A stretch of 64,000 bases of DNA from the human T2T-CHM13v2.0 reference genome, Homo sapiens: assembly GCF_009914755.1 (NCBI RefSeq), contig NC_060936.1. One strand, written 5' to 3'. Made by a program: the position numbers and the translations under genes. Shown piece by piece: positions 1-15,246 of the stretch (its first letter is position 1; each line of letters starts with the position of its first letter). The notes below the pieces were generated by a model, which did no database searches, had not been told where the DNA came from, and was given only the letters and a program-made list of their open reading frames with translations.

Positions 1-950
1 AATCAAAATTTCAGCACATTATTTTGTGGATACTGACAAACTGATCCTAAAGTTTAAATGGGAAGGCAAAAGACCCAGAATAATCAATACAATACTGAAG
101 GAAGAAGAAGAACAAAGAGGGCTGACACTACCTGACTTCAAGACTTATAGCTGGGCACTGTGGTGTGTACTTGCTATAGTCCTAACTACTCACAAGGCTG
201 AGGCGAGAGATTACTTGAGCCCAGGAGTTCAAGTCCATCTGGGGTAACATAGCAAGATCCTGTCTCTAAAAAAATTTAAAAAATATATATATAAAAATAT
301 AATGTAAAGTTACATTTATCAAGAACGTCTAGTGTTGGCAAATGAACAAATACCAGTAGACCAACGGAACAGAAGACAGAGCCCAGAAATAGACCCACAT
401 AAATACAGTCAACTGATCTTTGACAAAGGAGCAAGAGCAATACAATGGAGCACAGATAATCTTTTCAACAAACCGTGCTGGAACAACTAGAAATCCACAT
501 GCAAAAAAATGACTCTAGACACAGATTTTACACATTTCACAAAAATTAATTTGAAATGAATCGCAAACCTAAATTTAAAACACAAAACTATAAAACTTCT
601 AGAAAATAACGTAGTAGAAAATCTACGTGGCCTTGAGTTTGGCAATGAGTTTTAAAATACAATGTCAAAGGTACGATCTCTGAAAGAAATAATTGATAAG
701 CTAGACTTTATTAAAATTAAGATTTCTGCTCTGCAATAGACACTGTCAAGAAAATGGAGAGACAAACCACAGACTGGCAGAAAATATTTGCCAAAGACAT
801 ATCTGGTAAAGGATTATTATTGAAAACATACTAAGAACTCTTAAAACTCAACAATAAAAAAACAGCCTGATTAGAAAATGGGCCAAAGACTTTATCAGGC
901 ATCTCACCAAAGATAAACAGAAGGCAAATAAACATATTAAAAAGTGTTCC
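1..950 (+). mobile_element. Old L1M (L1MB/MC-like) ORF2 fragment, interrupted by an Alu monomer
   Basis: Degenerate ORF2 peptide KLILKFKWEGKRPRI...GLTLPDFKTY and typical L1 3' ORF2 sequence with stops. An L1MC-type 3' terminus resumes at about 1200-1300. Confidence 0.85.
149..280 (+). mobile_element. FLAM-type Alu monomer
   Basis: Single diverged arm (cttgagcccaggagttcaag...ctgtctct) with an A tail, inside the L1. Confidence 0.75.
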
Positions 951-1195
951 AGGTTGGACATGCCGGTGGCTCATGCCTGTAATCCCAGCACTTTAGGAGG
1001 CTGAAGTAGAAGGATCGCTTGATCCCAGGTATTTGAGACCAGCCTGGGCAACATTGGTGCAACCCCATCTTACAAACAAAAAAATAAGCCAGGTGTGGTT
1101 GTGCACACCTGTAGTCTCAACTACTCAGGAGGCCGAAGTGGGAGGAACGCTTGAGCCTGGAAGGTCAAGACTGCAGTGAACAATGATCGTGCCAA
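951..1195 (+). mobile_element. AluJ, 3'-truncated
   Basis: Left arm, linker and right arm ending at gatcgtgcca with no tail. J-type ggatcgcttga. Confidence 0.85.
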
Positions 1196-1480
1196 TTTTG
1201 TGTGTGGGTTGAGTGAATATGGGAAATCTCTGTGCTTTCTGCTCAATTTTGTTGTGAACCTAAATCTGTTCTAAAAAATAAAGTCTATTTGAAAAATAAA
1301 AGGGTTCCTGAACATTTACCATCTGTAGACATTGTTATGAAAGAATTGAGGGTAAGTTTTAGCAGCCCCGAAAGGTAAACAGCTATTAGCAACTGAAAAA
1401 CATCACGTTATTTTGAAATCTTTCAATAAGTGATTAATGGAGTCAACACTTATTGATTGGGAATATATATAATATCATTT

Positions 1481-1490
1481 CGTGTGTGTG

Positions 1491-1543
<53 letters not shown>

Positions 1544-1544
1544 G
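1481..1544. repeat. Compound (GT)n(TA)(CA)~19(TA)n microsatellite
   Basis: Directly visible alternating purine-pyrimidine tract. Confidence 0.97.
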
Positions 1545-1603
1545 AATGAAACAGCAAGAAAACATGTCTAACACTTAACTCCTTTAAGACTTGACTGTTT
1601 GAA

Positions 1604-1919
<316 letters not shown>

Positions 1920-3984
1920 CTAGAGCATATTTTTCCTTAAAAGTGATGTAAGTTCTTCATAATCTTGTTACACACTCTCTCTGGGAAAATGCATTCCATA
2001 TACGAATGGAAATACTCATATCATACCTATATGGGAAACTCCATAAAAGCAGCAATCATAAAAGGCTCAGTGCCTGGTACATTTATCCAGTCTAAGATCA
2101 ACCAATAAGATGAACCATTAGTTTACAGACTGCTAAGAAAGCCAAGTAAACTGATACAATGCTTTCTTTTCATTTACAATTATTGAAGAAGCTTTTAGAT
2201 AATTAGATTTTTCCATGTGTCAACCATGTACCTACATGAAAATTAAAATAAGTTGGCCAAGATTTTCTTAACACATCTTCACCTGCCCAGTTTGCCTCTT
2301 CTCAATCATTTTAACTCAGATGCTAATGTCCATTTCTTCCATCATATGCTCCACTATTGTCTCTGGGACATTTTTCTAGCTGTCCTATACTCAATATGCC
2401 AGTTTTGAGGCTGGTGCTTTTTTGTTCTTACCTAGTATCACGACAGAGGGCCTTTAGAATAACTAAGACTCATATCTTTGGTGACTAAAAGTGCCACAAG
2501 GTTAGCAGTTGTCGAGTCTTGCCGAAAGAATTACAAGTGGATCACTATACTCTTCAGTGAATATATTCTTTACTGTTCAGATACACATCTGTGAAAGCGA
2601 TCAAGAACCTATATACTGGGTGAGTTATATGGGGGCTCTGGGACATCTGTTCCAGACTACTGAGTCATTTCTTCTTCAGTTTGGCTGAAGTGTGTGTGTG
2701 CATGTGTATGTGCAGGCGTGTAGATAAACGATAACATCTTTGGGTAAGAACTCTTAGGAATTGTTTTGCAGTTTATGATTAACTTATGGCTACAACTTTC
2801 AGCCACCACCAATTGTGCAAAGTATCACAGAAACTTTTCACAGCCTCTGCTCATGCCTTTGATCTCTGTAGTACCTTTAACATTTCAAAAAAAATTTACA
2901 GCCTTTTAAAGCACACTGAGTTTTTATCAGCATTTCCTATCTGTCTAAATTCAACTTTTTTTCCCAGTTAAATCACTAGAAAATAAGTAGCTACAGTTCA
3001 AAGTCAGCAGGAAGTTTGATAAATTGATGTTCTACGCTTCAACAACAGTCCTGTGTAACCTATGAATTGGACATACCAGCCTCTTACTGCTTTGAAATTC
3101 CTTTCATCTCTTTGAAGAGATCTACCAATTTTTCCTGCTTTCAGTTGCATAATTTGTCACCTAGGACGCAATACTTTTGCCATAACTCTGTAACACAGCT
3201 TCAGCTACTTGTCTTCTGCCTCAGGCCCTCCACAGTTCCTGGTTGCTTCTTTGCAAAAATAGCAACTGAGGTCATTCTTGTACAAAAATTTGCTTCACTA
3301 ATCCCAAATTTACATCCTGTTGCTCTACTTCTATAACTTTCTACACATATAAACCCGTTTTTAAATTTTGAGTCACAATTTAAAATATTTGAAGATATTT
3401 TATATGCAACTAAACTCAATATGTGTTTACCAACAGTATACATCAACACAATTGTTATGTCCAAATTTGCACAAGCTCACATAATGACAATGACTTATCA
3501 TTGCCATCTAGTCAATGGTGATAAGATGCTATCAACAGTAAATACATCCTGATTTCAGAGAAATTAAAATGTGGGGGCAAATGTACATTTCAAAAGTAAG
3601 GCATAAGTGGATACTCCTTTAATTTATGTAAAAAAATCATTTCCAAAAATGGACATCAGAAATTCCTCCCATCTCTGTATAGACATGCCATTCCTCCCAT
3701 CAAGAAACAAAGTCCTGGTCCCTCACTTGTGACTTGCTTTCAGCAACAGAACATGGCAGAAGTGAGATTCTGAGACTTTAAGCTCAAGTATTAAGAAGCT
3801 TGGGCTACAGTCTAGAGAAGGGGTTGGTGAACTATGGTCCAGTGGGTCAAATCTGGTCTGTTTTTATACTGCCTCTGAGCTAAGGATAGCTTTCATATTT
3901 TAAAAGAGTTTTAAAATAAGAAAATATGTGACAGAGATCGTATGGGCCCCAAAGCTATGAGGCCTAAAGTATTTACTAACTGGC

Positions 3985-4681
<697 letters not shown>

Positions 4682-6284
4682 CTGGTCTTTTTCAGAAAAT
4701 GTTCCCAATCTCTGGGCCACACTATTGAATGAGAAGAGACCAGGTGGAGAGAGAGGCTCAGCCAGACATCAGCCATTACAGCTTCACACTAGCTAGACGT
4801 GCGAATAAAGCCCCCTTGGATGGTCCAGCCACAGCCAAGCTCTCAGCTAAATGCAGCCACCTAAGCGACTCCTGACAATACAATGTAGAGCAGAGACAAG
4901 CCATCTCATTGAACCCCATCAAAACTGCAGGCTCATGATCAAATAAATGGTTGTGTTTAAGTCACTAAGTTGGGAGTGTTTTAAACTCAGCAATAGATGA
5001 CGGGAATAACTTCCGTGGCAGAGGCCCCAGGATAGGAGCTCCCAGGCATGGAACCAAAAGGGAGAAGGGCTTTTTATAGGGGTGACAGCAAAGGAAGAGT
5101 TGGGATAAAAGGCAAGGGCAAGAATATACAGTAGCCAAGACCCAAAAAGGTATTTAGATGAGAACGTTGCTCCTCGTGTTAACAAGGAACTCTCCTAGTA
5201 TGTATATTGAAAGTAGGGTTGTATCAGAGAGTAGATGGCTGCAGTGAAAAGGACAAAAGCCCCAAAACAAATCCCAGGAAACATCCAGGTTCTGCCTCAA
5301 ATTAGCTTTGGTAAGATACTTATACTCTTAGCTGTTCCGTGTCCTCATCTATAAAACAGGGACAATACAACCTACCTCCCAGATTTAAAAATATTAGACA
5401 TAAAAGTATGCAGTCCTTAGCATAGCACTGGACAAATGGTAGGCATACCACCTTGTCTGTGTTTCAGTCTTTCCAAAAGATGTAATGCCTATCCTATTTG
5501 AAAGGCTTATTCATAAGTTCAAATTTGCTAGGCGCCGTGGCTCACGCCTTTAATCTCCACATGTTGGGAGGCCAAAGAGGAAGGCTCAATTGAGCCCAGG
5601 AGTTCAGATTCAATAAAACACACAAAAATGGTTTGAAAGGTATTAAGCCCTACCAAATAATACGATTGCAATATATTAAAATACAATTTTTATTGTTGGG
5701 GGCTGCATGGCAACTTTGTAAAACTTAAGTATATCTGCATAATTGTTTTTATATAGTTACTGTTAAAGTTACCAGCATCAGTTGTTTATTCTAGTTATTC
5801 ATCTCCATCTTCAGAAAGGAAGGTCAGCACAGGATCTGAAGAAGGAAAATGAAGATAGGAGGAACTTCATAACTCCATTCTTTTTTTGTGTTTCAGCAAC
5901 ACCCCCGTCTATTTAGCGGGGCATCCCCAGAGCAGTTCCACTATGTGTCCTCTTTATCACCAGCGGGACTTAGCACTGGGCTTGGTATAAAAGAGATACT
6001 GAATATTTACTGAACATAGAAGAGAGGGCAAGCCAATAGTCTCAGAAAGAATTAAGGAGATATCCCCTTTAATGTGATTTTTACATGCAACTCAATGGTG
6101 GTATTGGTTCATTTTGGAAAGATGACCCTAAATGGACAAGTTCAATGACAATCACTGCCCAAACCTATAAGTGCCTATGTTTGAAGGCCAGGGGCACAGG
6201 GTAGTGGTTCTCAATGTGTAGTGCTTAGACCAACAGCAGCAGCAGCACCTGGGACTCATTAGAAAGCAAATTCTACTGCCCTAC

Positions 6285-6731
6285 TGCTACGGTTTGCATA
6301 GGGTTTGTTTGTTTGACCCCACCAAGTCTCATATTGAAATCTGATCCCCAATGTTGAATGTGGGGCATGGTGGGAGGTGTTTGGGCCATGGGAGCAGATC
6401 CCTCACAAATAGATTGGTGGAATTCTCAAGGGAGTGAGTGACTTCTCTTCATTCCTGCAATAACTGGTTGTTGAAAAGAGCCTGGGGGCCTCCTCTGCAC
6501 TTGCACTCACTTACTCTCTTCCTCTCACGCCATCTGATCTGTGCATATGCAGGCTCCCCTTTGCCTTCCACCATGAGTGGAAGCAGCCTGAGGCCCTCAT
6601 CAGAAGTGGAGCAGGTGCTGGAGCCATGCTTCTTGTACAGCCTGCAGAACCATGAGCCAACTAAACCTCCTTTCTTTATAAATTACCCAGCCTCAGGTAT
6701 TCCTTTATAACAAAATAAATAGACTAAGAGA
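6285..6731 (+). mobile_element. MSTB-like MaLR solo LTR inserted in a MER5A-like element (about 6200-6810)
   Basis: ccccaccaagtctcatattgaaatctgatccccaatgttg...cagcctcaggtattcctttata; TSD CCTAC/CCCAC. Flanks read as MER5A halves. Confidence 0.85.
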
Positions 6732-6960
6732 CCCACCCAGAACTACCAAGCAAATAATAGTTTAATAAGCCCTATAGGTGATTCTGATACACATTAGAGA
6801 ATCAGTAGCCTAGGGAAATGCATTTCTATTATCAGCTACATTTGGTAACAAAATGTCTATTCCCTTTGTGTTTCACAAACTAGCTTATTCAGATGATGTG
6901 AATACCGGCTAATTATTGCAACGATGTTTGCTTCCAAGCATTAAAAAAATTGCCAGTGTT

Positions 6961-8027
6961 ATGGGCAAGGACTTCATGACTACAACACCAAAAGCAATGG
7001 CAAGAAAAGCCAAAATAGACAAATGGGATCTAAGTAAACTAAAGAGCTTCTGCACAGCAAAAGAAACTACCATCAGAGTGAACAGGCAACCTACAGAATG
7101 GGAGAAAATTTTTGCAATCTACCCATCTGACAAAGGGCTAATATCCAGAACCTACAAAGAACTTAAACAAATTTACAAGAAAAAATCAAACAACCCCATC
7201 AAAAAGTGGGCGAAGGACATGAACAGACACTTCTCAAAAGAAGACATTTATGCAGCCAACAGACATATGAAAAAATGCTCATCATCACTGGCCATCAGAG
7301 AAATGCAAATCAAAACCACAGTGAGGTACCATCTCACACCAGTTAGAATGGAGATCGTTAAAAAGTCAGGAAACAACAGGTGCTGGAAAGGATGTGGAGA
7401 AATAGGAACGCTTTTACACTGTTGGTGGGACTGTAAACTAGTTCAACCATTGTGGAAGACAGTGTGGCGATTCCTCAAGGATCTAGAACTAGAAATACCA
7501 TTTGACCCAGCCATCCCATTACCGGGTATATACCCAAAGGCTTATAAATCATGCTGCTATAAAGACACATGCTCACATATGTTTATTGCGGCACTATTCA
7601 CAATAGCAAAGACTTGGAACCAACCCAAATGTCCATCAATGATAGACTGGATTAAGAAAATGTGGCACACATACACTATGGAATACTATGCAGTCATAAA
7701 AAAGGATGAGTTCATGTCCTTTGTAGGGACATGGATGAAGCTGGAAACCATCATTTTGAGCAAACTATCACAAGGACAGAAAACCAAGTATCACATATTC
7801 TCACTCGCAGGTGGGAATTGAACAATGAGAACACTTGGACACAGGGTGGGGAACATCACACACCGGGGCCTGTTGCGGGGTGGGGGGAGGGGGGAGGGAT
7901 AACATTAGGAAAAATACCTAATGTAAATGACGAGTTAATGGGTGCAGCACACAAACATGGCACATGTATACATATGTGACAAACCTGCACATTGTGCACA
8001 TGTACCCTAGAACTTAAAGTATAATAA
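6961..8027 (+). mobile_element. 5'-truncated L1PA (roughly PA4-PA6): ORF2 C-terminus, 3'UTR and short poly(A)
   Basis: Open frame 6961-7821 (MGKDFM...[19 protein letters not shown]...GGN). Perfect 18-bp TSD AAAAAAATTGCCAGTGTT at 6943-6960 and 8028-8045, with a TT|AAAA endonuclease site. Confidence 0.96.
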
Positions 8028-10065
8028 AAAAAAATTGCCAGTGTTTTTTCCCTACTCCCTTGTGCCCTCCCCCATTATAAAAATCAAATAAAATAAAACC
8101 ACAGCCCTTTGCAATTCACGCCACATACACTAATAACAGCCTCAGGCAAGCAGTATCTGTGGGACTCATTTAAATTTTATTTTCGTGGAAGAATAAAGGA
8201 AAATTCAACACCAAATCTTTAAGACACACCACTTAATGATTTTGGTGAACAGTCTGAAATAGACAGTTATTGGAGCCTTTGATTAAGACAATACAATGTC
8301 TACAATGACCTATCAAGCAGGTGTCCATACCCTGTAAGAACCTTGTCCACACTTCAGCCTCTGATGAAGCATGTATGGGTACACCTTGTGTGTGACAGCC
8401 CCAATAGCTGGAATGGTGTGGGATCCCAATGAAGGACACCCAGCCTTGGCATGGCAATCTACCTATGACTTTGTGGCTTGGCTGAAAGATTTCAGCTGGG
8501 TCAAGCAGAAGATCTCTTTCAAGACTCTAAACCAAGAAATACAGGAGGGTCTTGCCAACTAACTATGGGAACTAAACCAAGAGAGCAGTGAATTCTCGGG
8601 GAGCACCATGAGAAGCCATGATGGGCTACTGCCAAACTGAAGTGATGTGGGGAACAGAAGGTGTAATGGAGTGGGGAAAAGCCAGTCCATCACAAGTGGG
8701 GAATAGTGCAGAGATGCAGAAAGAAACAGCCTATCACCAGCAGGAAGGACTGGACAAAGAAACTGACCCTTAGCCTAAAGAAGCCAGGGTACCAACTGTA
8801 TAGTCCAGCCCAGCCCAGCTTGGGGAACAGTCACTATAGGTCCTCTCCTTCTGCTGCCACCCACACCTCATAAATGAGTTAAACTATAGCACATAATCAT
8901 CCTTAAATGGTGGCAATAAACACTTCTGCATTTCATTGTCAATGGATGCATAATAGATGCAAAATACTTCCAAGGTTAACTAAATGAATTATTGTAGATG
9001 TCTAAAGTGAGGGTGAACTCTGTTTTTTCTTTTAAAATGATCCATCTGTTTATCAAGGCAATAAGTTTTTAAGTTAATTAAGTACGGAGCAGAAAGTCCT
9101 CCAAGCAGACACTTTTAATTAATTCTTAATTATGAATGCCCACGTATGTCCTCCAAGTGGCCAAAAATATTCAGTGTGGGGCGACAAAGGAAAAAACGCA
9201 CTGAAAAGAGAACAGACACCACTCCTGGTTTTGATACTTTTTAGGTTAAATTTACCAAATGTTATAAACAGCTTTAAAAATACTTACCTTTAGGGTGGTT
9301 TTCAAAACAGTGCAAACATACACAAATCACAACACACTTCTTAATTTGTTCCTCTTTGTTGTCACGTGTTGCTAAGAGACTGTCTTTTTCAGGGCTCAAA
9401 TACACAGATTTTTTCCAAATTTAGAAAATAGGCATACTTGCAAAGAAGCCTCAAAAAGGCAGCCAGTTAGAGGTAGAAATTTATTTGGTAATTACCAACC
9501 CACATTTCTCCAAACAACTTCCTGAAACATATTACTGAATGCCTGTATGACTCATGGAAACTTCAAAATTGATCATCTCTGGCTCTGTGGCAATCTGCTT
9601 TCTTAATTTACATACATTAAAGTTTGTGTACCCTCTACTCCTTACTGAAGGAAAACAGGAAAGTCAACCTTCCACTGAAAGAGAAGCAGCCGTCCACTGG
9701 GTTCAGACACTGGGAAGGCCACTGAAAGGCTCGTGTACATCAAGATTTCTCATGAGTGGTTAGGGGATGTTGATCACTCTTAGGGATAAACTGTAATCAA
9801 AGATCAGTATGTGAAGCCGGGAACAATAGCATATATTAACAGTAATACGTGTTATTACAGTCATATTCTAGTTCCTTAATTTATACAGTATGTTATTAAA
9901 CAGATATATCATAGCATAATGGTATCACAAAAGACTACTTTTTCCCTTAAAACTCCTAGGTGCACTTTTGTATGTATTTTTTTATTAGCTATCTGACAGC
10001 CTGGGGAAAGACACAAAAAGGCGATAGGTGCCCATGACAACTGGTGATCAAAAAGCCCAACAAAA

Positions 10066-10200
10066 GCTGGGCGTGGTGGCTCACACCTGTAATACCAGAC
10101 ACTTGGGAGGCCAAGGTGGGAGGACCACTTGAGGCCAGGAGTTTGAGATCAGCCTAGGCAACACAGAGAGACCCCCATCCCTAAAAACACTAAAAAAAAT
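10066..10200 (+). mobile_element. FLAM_C / Alu left monomer
   Basis: Single left arm with an A-rich tail. Confidence 0.8.
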
Positions 10201-10591
10201 TAAAAATTTAAACTCAATATAACTGAAACTAGATGGTAAATCAATGAGGAAATGGCTAAGTTTACAAAAGTCTGACTGACAAACCTCAGAGACGCACCCC
10301 TCTCTTTAAAAAGGATGCACTTTGACATTTTAAAATATCTATGTGCATAGTTATTAAAGAGCTTTTATATGGGCCCCTTAACTAACAGCAGAGAACCGCA
10401 GGGACAGGCCAGCTTTGCTGAGACAGATACACAGGCTTTATTTGTTTGCAAAGAAACACAACTGAACTCAACTGTAAAGACAACAAAGCTCAAACAGCCT
10501 CAGTCCTCACTAGGGTTTCATGCCAGCCCAACCCCATACGTTTGTAAAGCATTACAGTAACTTTGGAGAGTAGGACTAAAGTAGTCTAGGC

Positions 10592-10912
10592 TTGCAACAG
10601 GCAATGTTTATGTTCACTCCAAATTGATATGTTGAAATCCTAACCTCCAATGCAATGGTATTACGAAGGTGAGGTGAGGGTGGTGCCCTCACAAATGGGG
10701 TTACTGCCCTCATAAAAGAGACCCTAGAGAGCTCCTTCACCCTCTTTCAGCCATGTAGGACACAATAGGAAGTCTGCAGTTTACAACCTGGGAGAAGGCC
10801 CATGCCAGCACCCTGATCACAGACTGTCAGCCTCCAATACTGTGAGAAATTTCTGTTGTTTATAAGCACCCAGTCTGTGATATTTTGTTATACCAGCTCA
10901 AATGGACTAACA
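10592..10912 (+). mobile_element. MLT1A-like MaLR LTR
   Basis: atgttgaaatcctaacctccaatg...agaaatttctgttgtttataagcacccagtctgtgatattttgttat...ggactaaca. Confidence 0.8.
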
Positions 10913-10999
10913 CCGAGCTGTAGTCTCAGTTCTGCCACTCAGGCAAGCCATTTAGTTTCTCTGAATACTGACTTCCTCGTTTGGATAAGAAGGAAAGGA

Positions 11000-11337
11000 C
11001 TCATTGTTCAATTCCCACCTATGAGTGAGAACATGCGGTGTTTGGTTTTCTGTCCTTGTGATAGTTTGCTGAGAATGATCGTTTCCAGCTTCATCCATGT
11101 CCCTACAAAGGACATGAACCCTTGGACACAGGAAGGGGGACCTCACACACAGGGGCCTGTTGTGGGGTGGGGTAGGGGGGAGGGATAGTATTAGGAGATA
11201 TACCTAATGTAAATGATGAGTTAATGGGTGCAGCACACCGACATGGCACATGTATACATATGTAACAAACCTGCACATTGTGCACATGTACCCTAGAACT
11301 TAAAATGTAATAATAATAATAATAATAATAATAAAGA
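11000..11337 (+). mobile_element. Short 5'-inverted (twin-primed) L1PA insertion
   Basis: 11000-11119 is the antisense L1 ORF2 end, 11121-11337 is the sense 3'UTR with a (TAA)n tail. Degenerate TSD AAGAAGGAAAGGA/AAGAAGGGAAGAA. Confidence 0.9.
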
Positions 11338-12859
11338 AAGAAGGGAAGAAGAAATGGGAATTTGCTTACCAGTAGTTAAAAAAAAAAAAAAGGAAAGGAC
11401 TACGTGGAAACGAATGCGGGTGGAGGAGGTACTAATATCTTCTGAGCATCTCCTACAGGCCAACATTGTCCTTATACCATCTAACCTAATCCACATACTA
11501 ATTCCTGATTTTACAAAAAGGGAAGCCAGGCCAGGGGAGGAAACTGCTCAGTGTCACAGGGGACATAGTACAGATAGGACTTAAGCCCCGGTGTCTGGTT
11601 TCAAGGCTATACCCAATTGCTATGCTGACCTTACACATTCTGTTTCCAGAGTTCAAGGACTAATTTGAGCATGCCTTTCTCAATGCCCCTACATATTTCT
11701 ATTTCCATGTGCTATGATATAATTTCCGAGTCACATCTGAGATCTCACCCTCTCTAAACTCTCTGGTCTTTCCCCCTTACTGCCACCACCACTTAAACCC
11801 AGACAAGCTCTGGGAACATAGAGAACTTGGAGAGTCATCCGCCTCTATTTCCATGTAACCGGATACATTTTTGCATCATGTAGTTTGCTCAGAACACAGC
11901 AGAGATTCTAGTCCTGCAAGTTTGGTGCCTTCTAATCACAGCAAAGAGCATTCTGTTGCACAATGAATATTAGTATTCACTGATACCATATGTTCCCAGT
12001 GGGCAACAGCCAATCACTTTTTCAAAACCCTTGGGAGGTGAGCTTACATTTACAATGAAGAAATGACAATTATCATCAACCAAATCCAATTAATTCTCAG
12101 ATTTCTATTTTTAAGTTTCTTGAATTGGAGGAAAAGATTGAATATCATTAATAATGGAACTTACTGTCTAGTTTCATTAAAAGCTTGCCACTTCACAGAT
12201 GAAATCTGAGGCAAGCCAAAGAGAAATGTTGGCAGTTTGTGCCTTCAGGCAACAGAGGCCTTTTGGGTAAAATTATGTTTTTGTGCTGAGGGGGACTGTC
12301 AATAGTACTTGTTCTAAAATTATATACGTCTTTATAGAAATTGCCTCTACAAAAGTGCAATCATATTAATACACACACACTTGCTGTTAAGGCTATCAAG
12401 TTAAATTTAAGAAGCAGAGCTATTCTCTAAGTGGGACACATTCTTAACACTCCTAACAGGTAAAGAAAATCCTTCCTATACATGATAGCCAATTAATGAC
12501 TATTAAAATGCTTTTAGGTGCCATGGTAGGAAGTCCCTGACAGGTAGCTTTGAGCAGAAAGATCCTCTGCTCCAGGCATCCCTGGGGCTCCTGAATGCCA
12601 TTTGTCCTTGAACCTGCAGGAGGGAAGTGCAAGGAGGACTTGGTTTCAAATGAAGGCAAGCCTCCTTGCCTTCAAGTTCTACCAGCTACTACTTCTGACA
12701 TTAGCTTCTAAGATTAGAATAAAATGGGATAATAAAACAGAAAACAAATACGAAATAATCCATCTGAAACATGGTTTGCCTACTTTAAAGGGTTCCTCTA
12801 AAACCGATTCAGAGGGATGACTAACCAATATATGAAACACTTTAAAATAAAAGCTTTTT

Positions 12860-13215
<356 letters not shown>

Positions 13216-15009
13216 TTACAAAGTTGAGATACTTTAGCACTGTTTGTGACTGCCCAACACTGGAACATTTTCCAGACAAAGCTCTGGATCCCAGGACTCA
13301 GCCTTCTTCAGCACAGCCTGATAAGGCTCTCATGGGGTCCCCCCGCCCCTGGGGGTAGCCTACCTGAGTCAAAATCCTGACTCTTCCCCTTGTTGGCTGA
13401 GGCCTTGGACAAGTCATTTAATCTCTAAGGGTCCATTCTTCTTCTACATGGTGACAATCCTGACTTTGAATTACTTCAAGGATTAATTAAAATAATATAT
13501 GTATAACCCTTGGCCCAATGCCTGGCATATACTGAAGGACTCAATAATAGGTTGAGGCTCTCATGACTGTAATAATTATGAGTAGTACTAAGAAAGATAG
13601 TGGAAATAGTTGCAGTGAGGCCCTACTCTAGATGGAGGGCCCACTTGTGATTTGAAACATCCAGCCACAGTTTAGGCAATCATACAGGCCTATCTCCTAT
13701 GGCAAATGGAATACTGCCCCATCAAATGGGTTGAACTAATACCACTAGACTAAGTATTTGATCACTGCTTTTTTACAAGGTACTAAGGTAGTACTCAAAT
13801 TGCTGGTTTTTGGAGGACACAATTATATTGCCCAATATGGACAACTCACTATGTGAGTTGTCACCCCCTCCTGAGACACATGGACAGAAAATATAATACA
13901 CTGGCAAGAGTCCAGCTTTATGGCCACTGCATTCAGACATTACCAGATTCCAAGTTTTTCCCATTTGAAGTAGCTGGTGCAGTTCATTTCTTTAGACATG
14001 CCTCCATCCACATCAAGTCTGAAAGCTTCTTTAATGCTTTTAAGATTAAGATAAAACAGCTGGTGAAGGGGTGGAAGCGTGTCAGTGGCAAAAACTCTAA
14101 AAGGAGAACACAGAGCTTGGCTAAAGACAAAGCAACAGGAAGTCAAGCACATGCACCGTCCAGAAATACCCTGAAATGTTATTTTAAGACTTCCACCCGC
14201 GATGCAATCTCATCCTCCATATTTTAATGCTTTTGTGATATTTGAAGGAAGGGACAGGAAAATAACAATGATGAATAAAATTAATTCTGGTTAAGTAACA
14301 ACTAGGCCTGAGGGCCAGGTGTCCCTTAACCACTGAGCACAAGAACTCTGTGATTTTAGATACACTCAGACAGAAAATCATGGAAAATATCCACCCACCG
14401 CCAATTCCTTCAATGGCAGAAAACATAAGACACGAATAATCAACTTTACTTAAGATTTGCAAACCTTATGTGTACTAAGTAACCAGTACTGTGTCTAGTT
14501 GCCATGGGGTGGGGGAGTGGGGTGGGGGTCTAAAAGAATTGAACATTTCAATAAATGTTATTCAATAACTAGGTTATATATGAACATTCAGTCAAAATAT
14601 ATTTGTAAGGGAGGCTTCAGTTTCTAGAAGAGAACTGAGAAATAGAAAGGCAGCTGCAAAATTTGGTGTACACTGATGTTCATATTTAATCTAATTAATG
14701 GGTAATACATTTCTGAAAGGGTCGATTTATTTTTTTAGAGTCACCCTGTAATAGCAAATCTTAGTGACTGATGAAACCTCATACCATAAAAAGAACAGGA
14801 TAGAGAAACGTAATACGAAGTCGAAATGGTTAAGGCTGTCATATTGCCTTCACTTCAAAGGAATTACATTCACTGTTGGTATTTCTTGTAGGGAACCGAG
14901 ATACCATTGAAGAAGCCTTCAAAAAGGCTACATTACATAAAGCATTAAAACAAAAAAGTAATCTAGTAACAAAAAGGCCCACAAACAGAGCTGTGGGGTA
15001 CAAAATTAG

Positions 15010-15246
<237 letters not shown>

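Noticed and set aside
13853-14227. 124-aa plus-strand ORF as a possible processed pseudogene
   Set aside because: Non-ATG start, no recognisable protein similarity, and no poly(A) or TSD.
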